This document shows, in pieces, positions 55,409 through 64,000 of a stretch of DNA of 64,000 nt. The notes beneath the pieces are model-generated. The model saw only the letters and a program-made list of their open reading frames with translations. It did not search any database and had not been told where the DNA came from. The DNA is taken from NCBI RefSeq assembly GCF_009914755.1, contig NC_060933.1; one strand, written 5' to 3'. Made by a program: the position numbers and the translations under genes. This DNA is from the human T2T-CHM13v2.0 reference genome, Homo sapiens. Every line of letters begins with the position of its first letter. Within the stretch, counting starts at the first letter, position 1.

Positions 55409-58400
55409 TTCCTTTCCGTTCCATTCCATTCCATTCCATTCTATTCGGGTTAATTCCATTCCATTCCATTCCATTCCATTCCATTCCATTCCAATCGAGT
55501 TGATTCCATTCCATTCCATTCCATTCCATTCCACTCCATTCCAGTCCTTTCCATTCCATTCCACTCGGGTTGATTCCAATGTATTCCTTTCCAGTCCATT
55601 CCATTCCATTGCAATCGAGTTGATTCCATTCCATTCCATTCCATTCCATTCCATTCCATTCCATTCCAGTCCTTTCCATTCCATTCCACTCGGGTTGATT
55701 CCATTCTATTAGTTTCCATTCCATTCCATTCCCTTCCATTCCACTCTGGTTGATTCCATTCCTTTCCAATCCACTCGAATACATTCCCTCCTATTCCACT
55801 CGGAACGATTCCATTCCATTCCATTCCATTCCATTCCATTCCATGTCTTTCCATTCCGTTCTATTCCATACCATTCCATTCCATTCGATTGCATTCCATT
55901 CCATTCCATTCCATTCCACTCGTGTTGATTCCATTCCTTTCCATTCCATTCGGTTTGAAGCCATTCCATTCCATTCCATTCCATTCCATTCCATTCCATT
56001 CCATTCCATTTCGTTCCATTCCATTCTATTCCGTATCATTCCATTCCATTCCATTCCATTCCATTCCCCTGCAGTCTGGTTGTTTCCATTCCATTCCATT
56101 CCCTTCCATTCCATTCCATTCCATTCCATTCCTATCCGTTCCACTCCATTCCATTCCATTCTATTCGGGTTAATTCCATTCCATTCCATTCCATTCCATT
56201 CCATTCCATTCCAATCGAGTTGATTCCATTCCATTCCATTCCATTCCATTCCACTCCATTCCAGTCCTTTCCATTCCATTCCACTCGGGTTGATTCCAAT
56301 ATATTCCTTTCCATTCCATTCCATTCCATTGCAATCGAGTTGATTCCATTGCTTTGCATTCCATTCCATTCCATTCCATTCCGGATGATTCCATTCCATT
56401 GCATTCCATTCCATTCCATTCCTCTCCATTCCATTGCACTCGGGTTGATTCCATTCCATTCCATTCCATTCCATTCCATTCCATTACATTACATTACATT
56501 ACATTCCGTTCCTTTGTACTTGGGTTGATTCCATTCCATTGCATTCCATTCCATTCCATTCCATTCCATTCCATTCCATTCCATTCCGTTCCATTCCATT
56601 ACATTCGGATTGATTCTATTCAACTCCCTTACTCTCCATTACATTCCATTCCAGTCGGGTTGTTCCATTCCATTCCATTCCATTCCACTCCATTCCAGTG
56701 CGCTCGGGTTGATTCCATTCCATTCCATTCCATTCCATTCCATTCCATTCCATTCCATTCCGGATGATTCCATTCCATTGCATTCCGTTCCATTACATTC
56801 CCCTGCACTCGGGTTGATTCCATTCCATTCCATTCCATTCCATTCCATTCCATTCCATTCCATTCGATTCCATTCCATTCCAATTCTTTCCATTGCATTC
56901 TATTCCGTACCATTCCATTCCATTCCATACAATTCCATTCCATTCCATTCCACTCCGTTCCGTTCCTTTCCGTTCTGTTCCGTTCCATTCCATTCCATTC
57001 CATTCTATTCGGTTTAATTCCATTCCATTCCATTCCATTCCATTCCATTCCATTCTATTCCATTCCATTGCAATCGAGTTGAATCCATTGCATTCCATTC
57101 CATTCCATTCCATTCCGGAAGATTCCATTCCATTGCATTCCATTCCATTCCATTCCATTCCATTCCATTGTACTCGGGTTGATTCCATTCCATTGCATTC
57201 CATTCCATTCCATTCCATTCCGTTCCATTCCATTCCATTACATTCGAATTGATTCTTTTCAACTCCCTTACTCTCCATTACATTCCATTCCATTCGGGTT
57301 GTTCCATTCCATTCCATTCCATTCCACTCCATTCCATTGCACTCGGGTTGATTCCATTCCATTCCATTCCGGATGATTCCATTCCATTGCATTCCGTTCC
57401 ATTACATTCCCCTGCACTCGGGTTGATTCCATTCCATTCCTTTCCATTCCATTCGATTCCATTCCATTCCCCTGCACGCGCGTTGATTCCATTCCATTCC
57501 ATTCCATTCCATTCCATTCCATTCCTTTCCGTTCCATTCCATTCCATTCCATTCCATTCCGTTCCGTTCCATTCCATTCCATTCCATTCTATTCGGGTTA
57601 ATTCCATTCCATTCCATTCGATTGCAATCGAGTTGATTCCATTCCATTCCATACCATTCGATTGCAATCGAGTTGATTCCATTCCATTCCATTACATTCC
57701 ATTCCATTCCAGTCCTTTCCATTCCTTTCCATTCCATTACTGATGATTCCATTCTATTGCATTCCATTCCATTCCATTCCCCTGTACTCGGGTTGATTCC
57801 ATTCCATTCCATTCCAATCCATGCCATTCCACTCGTGTTGATTCCATTCTTTCCATTCCATTCAAGTTGAATGCATTCCATTGCATTCCATTCAATTCCA
57901 TTCGCCTGCAGTAGGGTTGATTCCATTCCATTCCATTCCATTCCATTACATTCCATTCCATTCCGTTCCGTTCCGTTCCATTCCATTCCATTCCATTGTA
58001 TTCGGGTTAATTCCATTCCATTCCATTCCATTCCATTCCATTCCAATCGAGTTGATTCCATTCCATTCCATTCCATTCCATTCCACTCCATTCCAGTCCT
58101 TTCCATTCCATTCCACTCGGGTTGATTCCAATGTATTCCTTTCCATTACATTCCATTCCATTGCAATCGAGTTGATTCCATTGCTTTGCATTCCATTCCA
58201 TTCCATTCCATTCCGGATGATTCCATTCCATTGCATTCCATTCCATTCCATTCCCCTGCACTCGGGTTGATTCCATTCCATTCCACTCCATTCCATTCCA
58301 TTCCCTTCCTTTCCGTTCCATTCCATTCCATTCCATTCTATTCCGTTCCGTTCCATTCCATTCCATTCCATTCCATTCCGTTCCGTTCCATTCCATTCCA

Positions 58401-61400
58401 TTCCATTCTATTCGGGTTAATTCCATTCCATTCCATTCGATTGCAATCGAGTTGATTCCATTCCATTCCATTCAATTCCATTCCATTCCATTCCATTCCT
58501 TTCCATTCCATTACGGATGATTCCATTCCATTGCATTCCATTCCATTCCATTCCCCTGTACTCGGGTTGATTCCATTCCATTCCATTCCAATCCATGCAA
58601 TTCCACTCGTTTTGATTCCATTCTTTCCATTCCATTCAAGTTGAATCCATTCCATTGCATTCCATTCCATTCGATTCCATTCGATTGCACTCGGGTTGAT
58701 TCCATTCCATTGCATTCCATTCCATTCCATTCCATTCCGTTCCATTCCTTTTCATTACATTCAGATTGATTCTATTCAATTCCCTTACACTCCAATATAT
58801 TCCAATCCATTCTGGTTGTTTCCATTCCATTGCATTCCATTTCACTCCATTCCATTGCACTCGGGTTGATTCCATTCCATTCCATTCCATTCCATTCCAT
58901 TCCGGATGATTCCATTCCATTGCATTCCGTTCCATTACATTCCCCTGCACTCGCGTTGATTCCATTCCATTCCATTCCATTCCATTCCGTTCCATTCCGT
59001 ACCATTCCGTTCCATTCCATTCCATTCTATTCGGGTTAATTCCATTCCATTCCATTCCATTCCATTCCATTCCATTCCATTCTATTCCATTCCATTGCAA
59101 TCGAGTTGAATCCATTGCATTTCATTCCATTCCATTCCATTCCATTCCATTCCGGAAGATTCCATTCCATTGCATTCCTTTCCATTCCATTCCCCTGCAC
59201 TCGCGTTGATTCCATTCCATTCCATTCCATTCCATTCCATTCCATTCCATTCCGTTCCGTTCCGTTCCGTTCCATTTCATTCCATTCCATTCCATTCCAT
59301 TCCGTTCCGTTCCATTCCATTCCATTCCATTCTATTCGGGTTAATTCCATTCCATTCCATTCGATTGCAATCGTGTTGATTCCATTCCATTCCATTCCAT
59401 TCCATTCCATTCCATTCCATTCCATTCCTTTCTATTCCATTACGGATGATTCCATTCCATTGCATTCCATTCCATTCCATTCCCCTGTACTCGGGTTGAT
59501 TCCATTCCATTGCATTCCATTCCATGCCCTTCCACTCTTGTTGATTCCATTCTTTCCATTCCATTCAAGTTGAATCCATTCCATTGCATTCCATTCCATT
59601 CGATTCCATTCGATTGCACTCGGGTTGATTCCATTCCATTGCATTCCATTCCATTCCATTCCTTTCCATTCCATTCCGTTCCATTCCATTCCATTACATT
59701 CGGATTGATTCTATTCAATTCCCTTACACTCCATTATATTCTATTCCATTCGGGTAGTTTCCATTCCATTCCATTCCATTCCTCTCCATTCCATTGCACT
59801 CGGGTTGATTCCATTCCATTGCATTCCATTCCATTCCATTCAATTCCATTCCGTTCCATTCCATTCCATTCCATTCGGATTGATTCTATTCAACTCCCTT
59901 ACTCTACATTACATTCCATTCGATTCGGGCTGTTCCATTCCATTCCATTCCATTCCACTCCATTCCATTGCACTCGGGTTTATTCCATTCCATTCCATTC
60001 CATTCCATTCCATTCCATTCCGGAAGATTCCATTCCATTGCATTCCATTCCATTCCATTCCCCTGCACTCTCGTTGATTCCATTCCATTCCATTCCATTC
60101 CATTGCATTCCATTCCATTCCATTCCTTTCCGTTCCATTCCCTTCCATTCCATTCCATTCCGTTCCGTTCCGTTCCATTCCATTCCATTCCATTCCATTC
60201 TATTCGGGTTAATTCCATTCCATTCCATTCGATTGCAATCGAGTTGATTCCATTCCATTCCATTCCATTCCATTCCATTCCATTCCATTCCATTCCTTTC
60301 CATTCCATTACGGATGATTCCATTCCATTGCATTCCATTCCATTCCATTCCCCTGTACTCGGGTTCATTCCATTCCATTCCATTCCAATCCATGCCATTC
60401 CACTCGTGTTGATTCCATTCTTTCCATTCCATTCAAGTTGAATCCATTCCATTGCATTCCATTCCATTCCATTCCCCTGCAGTCGGGTTGATTCCATTCC
60501 ATTCCATTCCATTCCATTCCATTCCATTCCGTTCCGTTCCGTTTCATGCCATTCCATTCCATTCTATTCGGGTTAATTCCATTCCATTCCGTTCCATTCC
60601 ATTCCATTCCATTCCATTCCATTCCATTCCATTCCAATCGAGTTCATTCCATTCCATTCCATTCCATTCCATTCCATTCCATTCCACTCCATTCCAGTCC
60701 TTTCCATTCCATTCCACTCCGGTTGATTCCAATGTATTCCTTTCCATTCCATTCCATTCCATTGCAATCGAGTTGATTCCATTGCTTTGCATTCCATTCC
60801 ATTCCATTCCATTCCGGATGATTCCATTCCATTGCATTCCATTCCATTCCACTCCCCTGCACTCGGGTTGATTCCATTCCATTCCACTCCATTCCGTTAC
60901 TTTCCATTCCATTCCATTGTATTCGGGTTAATTCCATTCCATTCCATTCCATTCCATTCCATTCCATTCCATTACAATCGAGTTGATTCCATTCCATTCC
61001 ATTCCATTCCAGTCCTTTCCATTCCATTCCAATCAGGTTGATTCCATTCTATTAGTTTCCATTCCATTCCATTCCCTTCCATTCCACTCTGGTTGATTCC
61101 ATTCCTTTCCATTCCACTCGAATACATTCCCTCCTATTCCACTCGGAACGATTCCATTCCATTCCATTCCATTCCATTCCATTCCATTCCATTCCATTCC
61201 ATTCCATTTCGTTCCATTCCATTCTCTTCCGTATCATTCCATTCCATTCCATTCCATTCCATTCCATTCCATTCCATTCCACTCGTGTTGATTCCATTCC
61301 TTTCCATTCCATTCGGTTTGAAGGCATTCCATTCCATTCCATTCCATTCCATTCCATTCCATTCCATTCCATTCCATTGTACTCTGGTTGATTGCATTCC

Positions 61401-62270
61401 ATTGCATTCCATTCCATACCATTCCGTTGCATTCCATTCCATTACATTCGGATTGATTCTATTCAACTCCCTTACATTCCATTACATTCCATTCCATTCG
61501 TTTTGTTCCATTCCATTACATTCCATTCCACTCCATTCCATTGCACTCGGGTTGATTTCATTCCATTCCATTCCATTCCATTCCATTCCATTCCGGATGA
61601 TTCCATTCCATTGCATTCCGTTCCATTACATTCCCCTGCACTCGCGTTGATTCCATTCCATTCCATTCAATTCCATTCCATTACAATTCGTTACATACCA
61701 TTCTATTCCGTACCATTCCATTCCATTCCATACCATTCCATTCCATTCCATTCCATTCCATTCCGTTCCATTCTGTTCCATTGCATTCCATTCCATTCTA
61801 TTCGTGTTCATTCCATTCCATTCCATTCCATTCCATTCTATTCCATTCCATTTCAATCGAGTTGAATCCATTGCATTTCATTCCATTCCATTCCATTCCA
61901 TTCCATTCCGGAAGATTCCATTCCATTGCATTCCATTCCATTCCATTCCCCTGCACTCGCGTTGATTCCATTCCATTCCATTCCATTCCATTCCGTTCCG
62001 TTCCATTCCATTCCATTCCATTCCATTCCGTTCCTTTCCATTCCATTCCATTCCATTCTATTCGGGTTAATTCCATTCCATTCCATTCGATTGCAATCGA
62101 GTTGATTCCATTCCATTGCATTCCATTCCATTCGATTCCATTCGATTGCACTCGGGTTGATTCCATTCCATTGCATTCCATTCCATTCCATTACATTCCA
62201 CTCCATTCCGTTCCATTCCTTTCCATTACATTCGGATTGATTCTATTCAATTCCCTTACACTCCATTACA

Positions 62271-62535
62271 TTCCATTCCATTCGGGTAGTTTCCACTCCA
62301 TTCCATTCCATTTCTCTCCATTCCATTGCACTCGGGTTGATTCCATTCCATTGCATTCCATTCCATTCGGGTAGTTTCCACTCCATTCCATTCCATTCCT
62401 CTCCATTCCATTGCACTCGGGTTGATTCCATTCCATTGCATTCCATTCCATTCGGGTACTTTCCACTCCATTCCATTCCATTCCTCTCCATTCCATGGCA
62501 CTCGGGTTGATTCCATTCCATTGCATTCCATTCCA
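62271..62535 (-). repeat. 85-bp minisatellite-like triplication
   Basis: TTCGGGTA(G/C)TTTCCACTCC...CTCTCC...GCACTCGGGTTGA units start at 62281, 62366 and 62451. Confidence 0.92.
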
Positions 62536-64000
62536 TTCCATTCAATTCCATTCCGTTCCATTCCATTCCATTACATTCGGATTGATTCTATTCAACTCCC
62601 TTACTCTCCATTACATTCCATTCCATTCGGGTTGTTCCATTCCATTCCATTCCATTCCTCTCCATTCCATTGCACTCGGGTTTATTCCATTCCATTCCAT
62701 TCCATTCCATTCCATTCCATTCCATTCCGGAAGATTCCATTCCATTGCATTCCATTCCATTCCTTTCCCCTGCACTCGCGTTGATTCCATTCCATTCCTT
62801 TCCATTCCATTCCATTCCATTCCTTTCCGTTCCATTCCATTCCATTCCATTCCATTCGGTTCCGTTCCGTTCCGTTCCGTTCCATTCCATTCCATTCCAT
62901 TCTATTCGGGTTAATTCCATTCCATTCCATTCGACTGCAATCGAGTTGATTCCATTCCATTCCATTCCATTCCATTCCATTCCATTCCATTCTTTCCATT
63001 CCATTCAAGTTGAATCCATTCCATTGCATTCCATTCCATTCCATTCCCCTGCAGTCGGATTGATTCCATTCCATTCCATTCCATTCCATTCCATTCCATT
63101 CCTTCCATTCCATTCCATTCCGTTCCGTTCCGTTCCGTTCCGTTCCATTCCATTCCATTCTATTCGGGTTAATTCCGTTCCATTCCATTCCATTCCATTC
63201 CATTCCAATCGAGTTGATTCCATTCCATTCCATTCCATTCCATTCTACTCCATTCCAGTCCTTTCCATTCCATTCCACTCGGGTTGATTCCAATGTATTC
63301 CTTTCCATTCCATTGCATTACATTGCAATCGAGTTGATTCCATTGCTTTGCATTCCATTCCATTCCATTCCATTCCGGATGATTCCATTCCATTGCATTC
63401 CATTCCATTCCATTCCCCTGCACTCGGGTTGATTCTATTCCATTCCATTCCGTTCCGTTCCATTCCATTCCATTCCATTCTATTCGGGTTAATTCCATTC
63501 CATTCCATTCGATTGCAATCGTGTTGATTCCATTCCATTCCATTCCATTCCATTCCATTCCATTCCATTCCTTTCCATTCCATTACGGATGATTCCATTC
63601 CATTGCATTCCATTCCATTCCATTCCCCTGTACTCGGGTTGATTCCATTCCATTGCATTCCAATCCATGCCCTTCCACTCGTGTACATTCCATTCTTTCC
63701 ATTCCATTCAAGTTGAATCCATTCCATTGCATTCCATTCCATTCGATTCCATTCGATTGCACTCGGGTTGATTCCATTCCATTGCATTCCATTCCATTCC
63801 ATTCCGTTCCATTCCTTTCCATTACATTCGGATTGATTCTATTCAATTCCCTTACACTCCATTACATTCCATTCCATTCGGGTAGTTTCCATTCCATTCC
63901 ATTCCATTCCTCTCCATTCCATTGCACTCGGGTTGATTCCATTCCATTGCATTCCATTCCATTCCATTCAATTCCATTCCGCTTCATTCCATTCCATTAC

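Larger units (their letters stand above)
8650..64000 (-). repeat. Human Satellite 3 (HSat3/Sat III) array, GGAAT strand on - (ATTCC on +)
   Basis: Continuous (ATTCC)n with ACTCGGGTTG-family motifs. The modules are reverse complements of those in 1-8654. No further strand switch was seen up to 64000. Confidence 0.97.

Noticed and set aside
73-63846. Hundreds of ORFs (poly-MEWNG / poly-FHSIP) as protein-coding genes
   Set aside because: (GGAAT)n has no stop codon in any frame on either strand and contains ATG every 5 bp. The ORFs overlap in all six frames and show no domain or gene structure.
1-64000. CRISPR-like repeat/spacer array
   Set aside because: The intervals between conserved motifs are pentamer runs, not unique spacers. 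There are no cas genes and the context is eukaryotic satellite.
1-64000. HSat2, alpha satellite or telomeric repeat
   Set aside because: There is no dominant CATTCGATTC/ATGATG 23-26-bp HSat2 pattern, no 171-bp monomer and no TTAGGG. Long pure GGAAT runs with CAACCCGAGT indicate HSat3.
1-64000. Embedded Alu/L1/LTR, RNA gene or other unique island
   Set aside because: I saw no stretch that departs from pentamer-derived sequence for more than about 40 bp, and no poly-A tail or target-site duplication.

Overview
The whole 64 kb is Human Satellite 3 (HSat3/Sat III)-type pericentromeric DNA. It is a diverged (GGAAT)n array interspersed with CAACCCGAGT-family motifs, and it best fits the human chr9q12-type subfamily (from recall, not verified by alignment). 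I found no unique sequence, transposon, RNA gene, CRISPR array or credible protein-coding gene. The ORF track (poly-MEWNG / poly-FHSIP) is what a stop-free, ATG-containing pentamer produces. The main structure is: (1) one strand switch at ~8650, with GGAAT on + to the left and on - to the right, joined at a 5-bp microhomology that forms a 12-bp-stem hairpin; (2) about 40 perfect three-unit heat-shock elements (TTCnnGAAnnTTC) carried by one recurring module; (3) no single higher-order repeat, but a mosaic of about 20 recurring modules; (4) nested tandem duplications of about 3.56 kb, 1.6 kb, 930, 433, 170, 100, 85, 70 and 50 bp, plus dispersed direct and inverted paralogous blocks. I cannot support a new gene system. 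The most interesting hypothesis is an HSE-flanked convergent inversion that could yield long self-complementary Sat III RNA. All counts and alignments were made by eye, and block boundaries are approximate.
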